Below, piece by piece: positions 47,477 through 57,229 of a stretch of 64,000 bases of DNA (positions are counted from its first letter, which is position 1; every line of letters begins with the position of its first letter). Position numbers and translations under genes: made by a program. This DNA comes from Polyangiaceae bacterium (lineage in GTDB: Bacteria; Myxococcota_A; Polyangia; Polyangiales; Polyangiaceae): positions 1,056,001 to 1,120,000 of the forward strand of contig CBDCTZ010000014.1 of assembly GCA_965222375.1 (NCBI GenBank). Reading direction: 5' to 3'. The notes under the pieces are model-generated. The model worked only from the letters and a program-made list of their open reading frames with translations, did no database searches and was not told the origin of the DNA.

Positions 47477-48243
47477 TCCGCACCTCCCTGGGGGGTTGCC
47501 GGGGCCTTCGGTTCAGGCGGAACGCTGAGCCCGGGCTCTGGGGCTGGGGGCGGAGGAGGCGGGGGGGCTGCCACCGCTGGTGCGGACGTCGGTTGCACCA
47601 CGATGCTGGCTTGGGCCGTGACGCCCGAGAGCGAGACCGTCAGCGTGGCAGTGCCCGGCGAATCGGCGACGAGGCGCCGCTGCTTGTACACGCCGTCGCG
47701 CAACACGCGAGCGATGGGAGGGTCCACTTTCCACTCGCTCGTGATCGATCCAGCGAGGTGTTGTGCGTCTGCGTAGACCCGCGGCGAGAGCCAGATGGAG
47801 TCGCCCACGAGTAGGTCGACGCGGTCTCTCACCTCGCCCAAGTCCGAGCCGCTGGGGCTCAATCGGTGCAGGGCGACGTGGGTGGGGCGCTCGACCCACA
47901 CGTGCAGGAAGTCCACCACCGTCGAATCTGCTGTGGTGAACAAGATGGCGGCCACGCCCCGGCTGCGTCCAATCAGCTGGCCGTTGCTGACGCCCACCAC
48001 ATTGGGCCGCGTGCTCATCAGCCGAATGCTCGGCGTGGCGCTTCCCTTCGTGTCGACGTGGACCTCAGGGCGATAGGTGGCCCCGATGGCCAAGGGCGCG
48101 TTCAGGCGCTCACCGCTGCCGTCCGCTTCTTGGGTCACGCTCTGGCCGAGAGCGCCTGTGGCGCATGCCGCGCTGGCCAGGGCCAAGCAAATGGCCAATA
48201 GCAGCGCCGGGCGTCGGGCTGTTTCGAGTCGTAGTAAGCTCAT
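47473..48243 (-). CDS. Lipoprotein with tandem Ig-like domains and Pro-rich tail
   Basis: LASAAC lipobox; STRPNVVGV..GVAAI, SPGTATLTV. Confidence 0.7.
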   Translation of the reverse strand: MSLLRLETARRPALLLAICLALASAACATGALGQSVTQEADGSGERLNAPLAIGATYRPEVHVDTKGSATPSIRLMSTRPNVVGVSNGQLIGRSRGVAAILFTTADSTVVDFLHVWVERPTHVALHRLSPSGSDLGEVRDRVDLLVGDSIWLSPRVYADAQHLAGSITSEWKVDPPIARVLRDGVYKQRRLVADSPGTATLTVSLSGVTAQASIVVQPTSAPAVAAPPPPPPPAPEPGLSVPPEPKAPATPQGGAE

Positions 48244-48484
48244 TGGATGGTCCCCTAACGGGTGGCGGTACGGGACCTTACACGAGACGAACTAGATGGA
48301 CTTGGCAGGCCGCGCGCCCGCTCGGCCCGGCTCGGGAGTCGTGGCCCGGGGCGCGCCAGTGAAGCGACCCCAAACCCCCAACATCTCCCCGAGGCTGCGC
48401 GATGAGCCTCGGGGAAGACCTCGAAACCATAGATGTTTTCCAGTTTTTTGTGCACAGCGACAGGCCTCGGTTACGGTCGGGCGC

Positions 48485-49387
48485 GTGAGGCTCTGGCGAC
48501 GTGGGACCCCTGTCTTGGGCGGGGCGCTGTTGATGGGTTGCTCAGCGCAACAGGCGCCACCTCCGAGCGACAAGACCGTCTCCACGGCGGAGCCCGCCGT
48601 GGCCCGCAAGCGCGTGGCCAAGCCGCTGCGTCCGGCTCCCCCCAAGCCCAAGCCTGTGGCGAGTTTGAAGCCGGAGTTGCGAAAGCCCTGGGTGTACCCG
48701 CTGAAAGTCGATTACGGCATTCGTCAAGACCGGGGTGGTCGCGGAGGATTCTTGGCGCCGCGCACGCACGGAAAGCACAACGGTCTGGATTTGTTGGCGC
48801 CGATTGGCACCGCGCTGCGTTCGCCGTGCAGCGGATCCGCCACGAGTGCCGTGAGCCGCTCTTTTGGCAAGTGGGTCAAAGTCGTGTGTCCCATTCCGAA
48901 GGAGATCGCGGGAGAGCACAGCGCCTATGCTTCGCTGTTCTTCTCTCATCTGGATAGCTCGGTCATCGACAATAAGCAGGACGTTCGCGCGGGAGCTCGG
49001 TTGGGCACCGTAGGCAAGAGCGGCAATGCGCGGGGTTCGAGCATCGCGCCTCACGTTCACGTCGAAATCGCCGTGCACGACAGCGAACGGCGCGCCCTGG
49101 AAGAGCGTCACAGCGGGCGGGACCAATCCGGCACCAAGGCGGCGAGAAGGATCGTGGCTGCGCTGGAGAAGCACTGTCTGTCACCCAATGGTTTTGCCGC
49201 CAAGTCTCGGAGGATTGCCCGAGCACGCCGCCTCGATCCTTTCGTGGTGCTGTCGTGCCTGAGTGACGAAAAGCCAGATTGGGCGCTGCCCAAGGGCGGG
49301 CTGTCGAAGTCCAGCGTGGCCTGGAGCAAACAGTACGCTGCTCGCACCTTCGATGTGGATCTGGGGCGTGAGCCCCTGAAACGCTGA
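48485..49387 (+). CDS. M23 family metallopeptidase lipoprotein
   Basis: LLMGC lipobox; HNGLD (HxxxD), FSHL, GTVGKSGNA, PHVH (HxH); start inferred. Confidence 0.85.
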   Translation: MRLWRRGTPVLGGALLMGCSAQQAPPPSDKTVSTAEPAVARKRVAKPLRPAPPKPKPVASLKPELRKPWVYPLKVDYGIRQDRGGRGGFLAPRTHGKHNGLDLLAPIGTALRSPCSGSATSAVSRSFGKWVKVVCPIPKEIAGEHSAYASLFFSHLDSSVIDNKQDVRAGARLGTVGKSGNARGSSIAPHVHVEIAVHDSERRALEERHSGRDQSGTKAARRIVAALEKHCLSPNGFAAKSRRIARARRLDPFVVLSCLSDEKPDWALPKGGLSKSSVAWSKQYAARTFDVDLGREPLKR

Positions 49388-49389
49388 GC

Positions 49390-50253
49390 TCAGCGACGGC
49401 TGCGCCGGACGTCGACCCCAATTTGCGCTGCGCGACCTGCTGAAGCCAGCGCTTCTTCGTCGTCGGCGTTCATCAGGGTGTTGGCCCAGGCGTCCAGGCG
49501 TCCCAAGTCGGCCTTGGGGTGTTTGCGGTATGCATCGGTGAGTTTTCTCGCCAAGGCGGCGTCGCAGATCGAACCCGTGACGCGCAGAAGATCCACCGAA
49601 TAGTCGAGCCACTTGGGCTTAGGCGTGACTTTGCTGAGCTTCAATGCGTATTCGAGGCAGAAGAGGCGTGTCTCTTCCTCGATGTCGATGCCATCCGAGG
49701 CTTCTTGCAGGACGTCCAACAGGGTCGTCTTCAGCAGGTCTGCGGCGTCCTCGGTGCGACCGGCCGCCAGCGCTTGGTCGGCGATGTTGGCGAGAATTTC
49801 CAGCGAGCGCGTGCGCTGGGTCGTCTCTTCGGCTTCGGGGGGTTCGCTGATGCGGCGGTCGGCTTCGTTCTTGCTCGAGGGCGGGATCGGCGAAAGCTCG
49901 TCCAAGGTGTCCGTCTTGTGGCGCTGTCGACCGGCCTCGCCGATGACGATTTCGAGCTCCTCGCCGCCTATGGTCACCCAGTCTCCGTCGAACAGCGCGC
50001 GGCGCTCCCGCACTCGGGTTCCGTTGACCAGGATCCCATTCATGCTGCCCAAGTCCTCGATGAAGACCAGGCTGGTGTCGACGCTCATCCGCGCATGGCG
50101 CCTGGAGATCCGGGAGTCTTCCAGCAAGATGTGGCAGCTGCTGTCCCGGCCTAACAAATAGGTGCCGTCCGTGAGCAGCAATTCCTGCCGCCGCCAGCGC
50201 ACGCGTACGGGCGTGAGCGCGGGTCCATCGAACGTCTCACCTTCCCGTGACAT
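49390..50253 (-). CDS. FHA domain-containing protein
   Basis: LGRDSSC..ISRRHA..DLGSMNGILVNG..DGDWVTIG; helical C-terminal domain. Confidence 0.9.
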   Translation of the reverse strand: MSREGETFDGPALTPVRVRWRRQELLLTDGTYLLGRDSSCHILLEDSRISRRHARMSVDTSLVFIEDLGSMNGILVNGTRVRERRALFDGDWVTIGGEELEIVIGEAGRQRHKTDTLDELSPIPPSSKNEADRRISEPPEAEETTQRTRSLEILANIADQALAAGRTEDAADLLKTTLLDVLQEASDGIDIEEETRLFCLEYALKLSKVTPKPKWLDYSVDLLRVTGSICDAALARKLTDAYRKHPKADLGRLDAWANTLMNADDEEALASAGRAAQIGVDVRRSRR

Positions 50254-50399
50254 GGCAGACACTCGGCACCTTATCTCGCCCCGCCGGGAGCGCAAATGCC
50301 GGATTCATCACGGCTTTTTCGTGTCCCTTTTTGTCACATCAGCCTCGGCCCCGGCTTGCTTGCCCCGCGCGGCGCGCGTACCTGGTGGCCGACCGCGCC

Positions 50400-53300
50400 A
50401 TGTTTCACGTTCACCGCAGTAACCGTTCGGAAAGATTGGCGGACGCTCTCGCCGAGCTCGTGCGTCGCCCGGTGGGTCGGGCGCTGCAGACGGAGGTGAT
50501 CGTAGTCCAGAGCCGGGGCATGGAGCGCTGGCTATCCTTGGCGCTGGCTCAGCGCCTGGGCGTGGCGGCGGCTCTCGAGTTTCCGTTCCCGAGGGCGTTC
50601 GTGGAGCGCGTGCTTGGCCTGGCGACGCCCTTGGACGAGGGCGCGGCGTCGTTCAATCGCGAGCGTTTGACCTGGGCCATCGCTGCGGAGCTGGCCGAGG
50701 CTGGAAACGCGTTTGGAGACGCAGATCTGCGGCGCTACCTCGCTCAGGACGAATCGGGCATCAAGCGCTACGAGCTGTCGGCTCAATTGGCGCATGTCTT
50801 CGATCAGTACGCCGTGTTCCGACCCGAAATGGTGCTGGAGTGGGATGCGGGACGCGGCGATGGTTTTCAGCCCGAGCTTTGGCGTCGAGTCGTGGCGCGA
50901 CTGGGCGGCACCCATGTGGCTGCGAGGGTCGCCCGGCTGGGTGCTGCGGGAGTGGCTGTAGATGGCTTGCCGGCGCGCGTCAGCATCTTCGGGGTGAGTG
51001 CTCTGCCTCCGCTGTACCTGGATGTTCTGAACGCCTTGTCCGCGAAGTTGGACGTGCACTTGTTTCAGCACAGCCCGTCGGATCTGTATTGGTCGGCCTT
51101 GCGTAGCGAAAAGAGCGATCAAGAGGTGCTTTCCGAGCTCGGGCTGCTGGCTTCTCTGGGGCGGCAGGGGGCCGAATTGTCCGAGCTACTGGAGGCACGG
51201 GTGCAGTATCAAGAGCACCCGGACTACGTCGAGCCCGGCGCGGACACGGCGCTGTCATGCCTGCAGCGAGACTTGATGCAAGTAACCAGGCCGGACACGC
51301 GGCGGCAGCGCACGCTGTCGGCGGCGGACAGCAGCGTCGAGGTGGCGGTGTGCCATAGCCCGACTCGCGAACTGCAAGTCCTCATGGATCGCTTGTGGGG
51401 GTGGCTGCACGCAGACCCCAGCCTGCAGCCCCAAGACGTGCTGGTGATGGTTCCCGACGTCGACGCCTATTGCCCGCATATCGATGCGGTGTTCGCTCGG
51501 GAGCCGGGCGACGAAGATCTGATCCCTTATCGCATCGCGGACCGGGCGGAGCGCCGGGCCAACCCTGTGGCCCAAGCTGTGCTCCAACTGCTAGCGCTAG
51601 CCGAGGGGCGCATGACGGCTAGCGCCTGTCTGGACCTTTTGCAGCTGACGCCGGTTCGCGAGCGGTTCGAGATCGCCGCCGCGGATTTGCCGGAGGTGGC
51701 GGAGTGGGTCACGGCGGCGGGGATTCGCTGGGGCATCGACGCGAAGCATCGCGGGCGCTTGGGCCAACCCGCCGCCGAGGAGAACACCTGGCGTTTCGGC
51801 CTCGCGCGCTTGCTCGTCGGCTACTGCATGCCGACCCAAGCGCGCGGCGAGTATTGCGGTGTGTTGCCCGTGGACGACGTGGAGGGCGAGTCTGCGGTGC
51901 TGGTCGGCAAGCTCGCTGCCTTCGCGGAAGCCTTGTTTTCCGCAGCGGCGGCGCTGACCGGGGAAAAGACCCTGAGCCAGTGGCAAGAGACGATTGTCGC
52001 CTGCATGCAGCAGCTGCTTCGCGAGAGCGAGGTGAGCTTCGGCGACCACCAGGTCGTGCGGCGGGCACTTGCGGCGCTAGCGCAAGACGGGCAGAGCGTG
52101 GACTTTCAAGCGTCAGTGCAGCGCGAGGTGCTGCGGGCGGCCTTGGAAGCGCGCTTGGTCGAAGAACGCCGAGTGCGAGAGTTCATGGCCGGCGGCGTGA
52201 CCTTCGCCGCCATGTTGCCGATGCGCAGCATTCCCTTTCGGGTGATCTGCTTGCTCGGAATGAATGACGATGCGTTCCCGCGGGCCGATCTGGTGCGGAC
52301 CTTTGACAAGATCGCGGCGGCTCGGCGCCTCGGAGACCGCTCGTTGCGGGACGAAGACCGCTACCTGTTCCTCGAGGCGCTGCTCTCTGCTCGAGATCGC
52401 TTGTACGTCAGTTATGTGGGGCGCGACATCCAGGACAATACCGAGCGTCCGCCCTCGGTCGTCGTGGAAGAGTTGTTGGACGTTGCCGAAGAGACGAATC
52501 GCTTCGCGACGCGGGCTCAGAGTGGAGCACAGCAGGAACTGTTCGTTCCGACCCGTTCGGCAAAGGAGCATCTCGTGGTCGAGCACAGCTTGTCGGCCCA
52601 CGCTCCGCGCTACTTCGATGGCGCGGACCCACGATATTTCTCCTACTCCGGGGAAAACGCCCTGGGCGCGCAGGCGCTCGCAGGGGAGCAACAAGTGCGG
52701 GCCAGCCCCATGCTGGGCCTGGAGGCGGAGGAACCTGAGGCGAGTGTCGATCTCGGAGAGTTGTGCCGCTACTTCGACAACCCGGCGCGCTATCTGGGGG
52801 AGCGGCGCTTGGGCGTGCGTCTACGCCGGGACGTGGTGCGAGTGGAGGATCGAGAGCCCATCGAGCTGGGTGGTTTGGAAAGCTACTTCGCCGGGAACTT
52901 CCTGCTCGAGCGATTGGTCGAGGGCGACGACCCTGCCCATGCCGAGGGACTGCTGCGGGCCCAGGGTGCGCTGCCGGTCGGCGAACTCGGGCGCCAAGTG
53001 TACGCGGGGTTGCTCGCGGACTGCCTTCCTCTGTCCCGGGCCGTGCGGGAAATCACCCAGGGCGGCAGACACTTGCCCGAAGAAGTCTTTGTCTCGACCG
53101 CGCATGGGACGTTGACGGGCGTCGTAGACGAGCTCTTCGATGCGGGTCAGGTGCACTACGGCTACGGTCGGGCAAAGGCCAAACGGCGTCTGCGCTTGTG
53201 GCTACGCCATTTGGCGCTGTGCGCCTCGGGTCGAGAGGACCCGAGCACCTTGGTGGCGCGCGGGGATCGTGGCGTGTTCGTGGCGCAGTACGCGCCTGTG

Positions 53301-53630
53301 GCTCCCGACTTTGCTGCAGGCCAACTGTCGCATTTGCTCCAGCTATTTCACGCCGGCGCGAGTCAGCCTCTGCCCTTTCTGCCGGATACCTCCTTCGAAT
53401 ATGCCGAGCGATTGCTAGCCGCGGAGCTGGATGAAGCCGCCGACGACAAGGCGCTGAAGGGCGCGCGCGGCCGATTCATGGACTTTCAAGGCTACGGCGA
53501 GGGTCACGACGAGTACGTCCAGCTCGCGTTTCCGGATTTCTCGCTCTTCACAGCCGGGGATCCCGGCTTTTCCGAGCTGGCTTTGCAGGTCTTCGCGCCG
53601 ATGTTGCAGCACACGAAGGTGGCATCGTGA
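50400..53630 (+). CDS. recC: Exodeoxyribonuclease V gamma subunit
   Basis: HRSNRSERL, VVQSRGMERWL, FDQYAVFRP, CHSPTRELQVL, MRSIPFRVICLLGMND, DRYLFLEALLSAR. Confidence 0.96.
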   Translation: MFHVHRSNRSERLADALAELVRRPVGRALQTEVIVVQSRGMERWLSLALAQRLGVAAALEFPFPRAFVERVLGLATPLDEGAASFNRERLTWAIAAELAEAGNAFGDADLRRYLAQDESGIKRYELSAQLAHVFDQYAVFRPEMVLEWDAGRGDGFQPELWRRVVARLGGTHVAARVARLGAAGVAVDGLPARVSIFGVSALPPLYLDVLNALSAKLDVHLFQHSPSDLYWSALRSEKSDQEVLSELGLLASLGRQGAELSELLEARVQYQEHPDYVEPGADTALSCLQRDLMQVTRPDTRRQRTLSAADSSVEVAVCHSPTRELQVLMDRLWGWLHADPSLQPQDVLVMVPDVDAYCPHIDAVFAREPGDEDLIPYRIADRAERRANPVAQAVLQLLALAEGRMTASACLDLLQLTPVRERFEIAAADLPEVAEWVTAAGIRWGIDAKHRGRLGQPAAEENTWRFGLARLLVGYCMPTQARGEYCGVLPVDDVEGESAVLVGKLAAFAEALFSAAAALTGEKTLSQWQETIVACMQQLLRESEVSFGDHQVVRRALAALAQDGQSVDFQASVQREVLRAALEARLVEERRVREFMAGGVTFAAMLPMRSIPFRVICLLGMNDDAFPRADLVRTFDKIAAARRLGDRSLRDEDRYLFLEALLSARDRLYVSYVGRDIQDNTERPPSVVVEELLDVAEETNRFATRAQSGAQQELFVPTRSAKEHLVVEHSLSAHAPRYFDGADPRYFSYSGENALGAQALAGEQQVRASPMLGLEAEEPEASVDLGELCRYFDNPARYLGERRLGVRLRRDVVRVEDREPIELGGLESYFAGNFLLERLVEGDDPAHAEGLLRAQGALPVGELGRQVYAGLLADCLPLSRAVREITQGGRHLPEEVFVSTAHGTLTGVVDELFDAGQVHYGYGRAKAKRRLRLWLRHLALCASGREDPSTLVARGDRGVFVAQYAPVAPDFAAGQLSHLLQLFHAGASQPLPFLPDTSFEYAERLLAAELDEAADDKALKGARGRFMDFQGYGEGHDEYVQLAFPDFSLFTAGDPGFSELALQVFAPMLQHTKVAS

Positions 53631-56600
53631 GGCGACTGCAACCCCTGGCGATCCCGCTACGGGGGCGCCACTTGATCGAGGCGAGTGCGGGTACCGGCAA
53701 GACGTTCACCATTACGACGCTTTTGTTGCGCTTGATCATCGAGCGCGACTTGGATATCGACCGCATCCTCGTCGTCACTTTTACCAAGGCTGCGACGGCG
53801 GAGCTTCGTGCGCGGGTGCGCAAACGCCTTCGAGAGGCCCTGGAGTCCCTGGACGGCGACAGTCACGATGAGGTCCTGACGGAGCTTCTGGCTCGAGTGG
53901 ATGCCCAGACGGCGCGTGCTCGCATCACCCGCGCGCTTTCGATGTTCGATCTGGCCTCCATCTTCACGATTCACGGCTTTTGCCAGCGCGTCTTGAGCGA
54001 GCATGCCTTCGAGAGTGGACAGCGCTTTGGTCTGGAGCTGCTCTCGGACACTTCGGGCTTGCTGCTCGACGCGGTGAGAGACGAGTACGTGCGGGCGCTG
54101 TCTGCGGCGCCGCCCAGCCTAGCGAAGAAGGCCCGCAGTTCGCTCAGCATTGCGGAGCTGAGCGCGCTGATTCGCACGGCGACGGCAAGTCCGGACATGA
54201 TTCTCGAGACGGACGCCGCGCCGGCGAATGACGCGGCGTTGAAACGCTACTTCGAGGTACGCGCAGAGTTCGCCCGCAACTGGCCTGGCCAGGGCGAGGC
54301 GGTGCGCGAGCTGGTGCTGCGCCCCGGCGTTCTCAACCGCAGCCGCTATCGGGAAAGGCGTGTCGACCAGGCGTTGGCAGAGGCGGATCGGATCGCGGGT
54401 GCAGACGGCGCTCAGGTGGATGACATCGAGCAGTTGCATATCCTGTCCCCGGAGGTGCTGAAGAGCGCCGTGAATCAAGGTCAGCGCGTACCCGAGCACC
54501 GGATCTTCGCGAGCATCGGGCGGCTAGTGGAGGCCCATGCCGCTGCGGCAGGGGACCTGGACGCACGCTTGTGTCATTTGCAGCTCTCGCTGGCGAAGGA
54601 GGTGGCTGTTCGCCTCCGCACTGCCAAACAAGAGCGCTCCGTGCGGTCCTTCGACGACTTGTTGGTCGATCTGCGCAACGCTCTGCGAGCCGAGGGCGAA
54701 ACCCTGTCCAAGCAATTGCGTGCCCGCTACCCCGTCGCCCTGGTGGACGAGTTCCAGGACACGGACCCGGTGCAGTACGAGATCTTGAATCGGGTCTATT
54801 CGACGCAGGATTCTGCGCTTTTCCTGATCGGTGATCCCAAGCAAGCCATCTACGCCTTTCGCGGGGCTGACGTGTTTTCGTATCTCGAGGCCAGCAGGGC
54901 GGCTGGAGACAATCGTTTCGGTCTGACGACCAGCTATCGCGCCGACCCGAGCCTAGTCCAAGCGCAGAACACCCTATTCGAGGGCGTGGCCTTGCCTTTC
55001 GTAGATGAAGGCATTGCCTACGCCTCCATCGAGGCGCGCCCGGGAGCGATGGATGCCATGAGCGGCTGGGACGAGCCGCGCCCAGCGTTGGACGTCGCCC
55101 TGCTCGCCCGCGCCGAGCCGGACAGCCACAAGTTGCTGACCAAGACACGAGTGGAGGCCGAACTGCCGGCACGAATTGCCCGGGACATCCGCGCGCTGCT
55201 GGGCTCTGGCGTGCAGCTCGGGAACAAGGCGCTCCGACCCGGGGACATTGCGGTGCTCACGCGCACCAATCGTCAAGCAGCCGAGATGCAGGTGGCACTG
55301 TCTCGAATCAGCGTGCCCGCGGTGCTTGTGGGGGATCGGAGTGTATTCGAGAGCGCCGAGGCGACTGAGCTGGCCCTGGTGATGCGGGCCCTGGCGGAAC
55401 CCGGCAAGAGTGCTGCCGTGCGCACGGCGCTGTTCATGCCGTGCCTGGGCTTCGACGCCAGCATGCTGGTGGAGTTGGAGCGATCGGACACGTTGTGGGA
55501 GCAATGGGCGTCACGCTTTGCTCGGCTGCACGAAGTGTGGAAGGGACGCGGCTTCATCCATGCGTTTCACACCCTGTTCCGTGAGGCGCGCGCTCCGCAG
55601 CGCTTGCTTTCCTTCGCCGACGGCGAACGCAAGTTGACCAACTTGCTGCATCTAGCCGAACTGCTGCATCAGGCAGCTGTGGAGCAGCATCTCGGCGTGG
55701 CGGGTTTGCTCCGCTACATGGACGAAGCCATTGCAGACGGCACCGCGCTGGAATCCCTGGCACCGGACGCTCAACAGCTGCGCTTGGAGAGCGACGCAGC
55801 CGCCGTCTCGGTGACCACCGTGCACAAGAGCAAGGGTCTGGAGTACCCGGTGGTTTATCTGCCCAGCCTGTGGGTGGGTGATGTGCTCCGGGACGATAGG
55901 CGCTTGCGCTATCACGACAGCAATCGCGGAGGCGCTCTGGTGATGCACATCGCGGCGAAGCGGGACAAGGAAGAGACCAAGCGAGACCCCCGCTATCAAC
56001 GCGCGGAGCGGGAGAGCTTGGCCGAGGCCATGCGGGTTGGTTACGTCGGCTTGACCCGGGCAAAGCATCACGCCGTGGCCGTCTTTGGTAGGATCAACAC
56101 TGCGGGTACATCTGCTCTCGGCCGCCTCTTGCTCACTCGGGGCAAGCACCGTGGCGCCTCGGCCGAGCAGCGCCTCAAGGCGCTGGATGACCACGGCCTG
56201 CGGGGTGTGCTCGACGCTCTGCATCGTGAGTCTGCCGGCAGTATCGGCCGCCGCGCCCTGGCCCGGGCCGAAGAGACGTTTTCCGTCGCGCCACTGGCGC
56301 CGACAGCGGCGCTGTCCGCGCGGCAGCTGGAGCGCCGCCTCGACTTTCAGTATCGCACTTCCAGCTTCACGGCTCTGACTCGTGGTGCGGAAGCCTCCTT
56401 GGCACCAGCGCCTGAGCACGACCACGACGCGGGGCTCGAACCCGCTGCCCTACGGCCTGCACCAGCCCCCGTTGTGCTGGCCCAGTTCCCTCGCGGAGCC
56501 CGTGCGGGTGAATGCCTGCACCGGATCTTCGAACTGATCGACTTCGACGCCACAGATCCCGAGCCCCGTGCGGCCACTGTGCGCCGAGTATTGACCGAGT

Positions 56601-57229
56601 ACGGTATCGACCCACGGCAACATGCAGCTAGCGTAGACCGCGCCGTTTCCGACGTGCTGAACACGCCGCTGGTGGGCGACATGTGCTTGAAGCAGATTGG
56701 TCGGGCCGAGCGCCAGAGTGAGATGGAGTTTGTGTTTCCCGTGCGAGAGCAGAGCGCTGCCTTGAGCGCGGCTGCTCTAGGCCGTGCCTTCGCCGAGCAT
56801 GCTCGGCGGCCCATCTCGCCGGACTACGCTCAGAGCGTCTGCGATCTAGGCTTCTTGCCCTTGGCTGGCGCGCTGCGTGGCTTCATCGACCTGGCGTTCA
56901 GTCATGACGGCAGGTTCTACTTGGCAGACTACAAATCGAACTTCCTAGGCGCTGCGGCGACTGACTATGCACCAGACATCCTCGCACGCGAGATGCAGCG
57001 CCACCACTACGTGCTTCAGTACCATCTGTACTGCGTGGCGCTGCATCGCTACCTAGCCGTGCGCGTGCCCGACTACGACTACGAGCGGCACTTTGGTGGC
57101 GTGGCCTATCTCTTCCTGCGCGGCATGCAGCCCACCGCTGCTGGCTCAGGTGTCTACTTCGATCGCCCGTCCGAGGCCATGCTCGATGGCTTGTCCGCGG
57201 TGATCGCCAAGGCAGAGGAGGCGCCATGA
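53627..57229 (+). CDS. recB: Exodeoxyribonuclease V beta subunit
   Basis: LIEASAGTGKT, VVTFTKAATAELR, VDEFQDTD, IGDPKQAIYAFRGAD, HKSKGLEY, nuclease motif GFIDL..ADYKS. Confidence 0.97.
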   Translation: MRRLQPLAIPLRGRHLIEASAGTGKTFTITTLLLRLIIERDLDIDRILVVTFTKAATAELRARVRKRLREALESLDGDSHDEVLTELLARVDAQTARARITRALSMFDLASIFTIHGFCQRVLSEHAFESGQRFGLELLSDTSGLLLDAVRDEYVRALSAAPPSLAKKARSSLSIAELSALIRTATASPDMILETDAAPANDAALKRYFEVRAEFARNWPGQGEAVRELVLRPGVLNRSRYRERRVDQALAEADRIAGADGAQVDDIEQLHILSPEVLKSAVNQGQRVPEHRIFASIGRLVEAHAAAAGDLDARLCHLQLSLAKEVAVRLRTAKQERSVRSFDDLLVDLRNALRAEGETLSKQLRARYPVALVDEFQDTDPVQYEILNRVYSTQDSALFLIGDPKQAIYAFRGADVFSYLEASRAAGDNRFGLTTSYRADPSLVQAQNTLFEGVALPFVDEGIAYASIEARPGAMDAMSGWDEPRPALDVALLARAEPDSHKLLTKTRVEAELPARIARDIRALLGSGVQLGNKALRPGDIAVLTRTNRQAAEMQVALSRISVPAVLVGDRSVFESAEATELALVMRALAEPGKSAAVRTALFMPCLGFDASMLVELERSDTLWEQWASRFARLHEVWKGRGFIHAFHTLFREARAPQRLLSFADGERKLTNLLHLAELLHQAAVEQHLGVAGLLRYMDEAIADGTALESLAPDAQQLRLESDAAAVSVTTVHKSKGLEYPVVYLPSLWVGDVLRDDRRLRYHDSNRGGALVMHIAAKRDKEETKRDPRYQRAERESLAEAMRVGYVGLTRAKHHAVAVFGRINTAGTSALGRLLLTRGKHRGASAEQRLKALDDHGLRGVLDALHRESAGSIGRRALARAEETFSVAPLAPTAALSARQLERRLDFQYRTSSFTALTRGAEASLAPAPEHDHDAGLEPAALRPAPAPVVLAQFPRGARAGECLHRIFELIDFDATDPEPRAATVRRVLTEYGIDPRQHAASVDRAVSDVLNTPLVGDMCLKQIGRAERQSEMEFVFPVREQSAALSAAALGRAFAEHARRPISPDYAQSVCDLGFLPLAGALRGFIDLAFSHDGRFYLADYKSNFLGAAATDYAPDILAREMQRHHYVLQYHLYCVALHRYLAVRVPDYDYERHFGGVAYLFLRGMQPTAAGSGVYFDRPSEAMLDGLSAVIAKAEEAP

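Noticed and set aside
16110..56680. E. coli Chi octamers (GCTGGTGG) as functional RecBCD sites
   Set aside because: Several occur, but they are explained by GC content and Leu-Val codons; Chi is lineage-specific.
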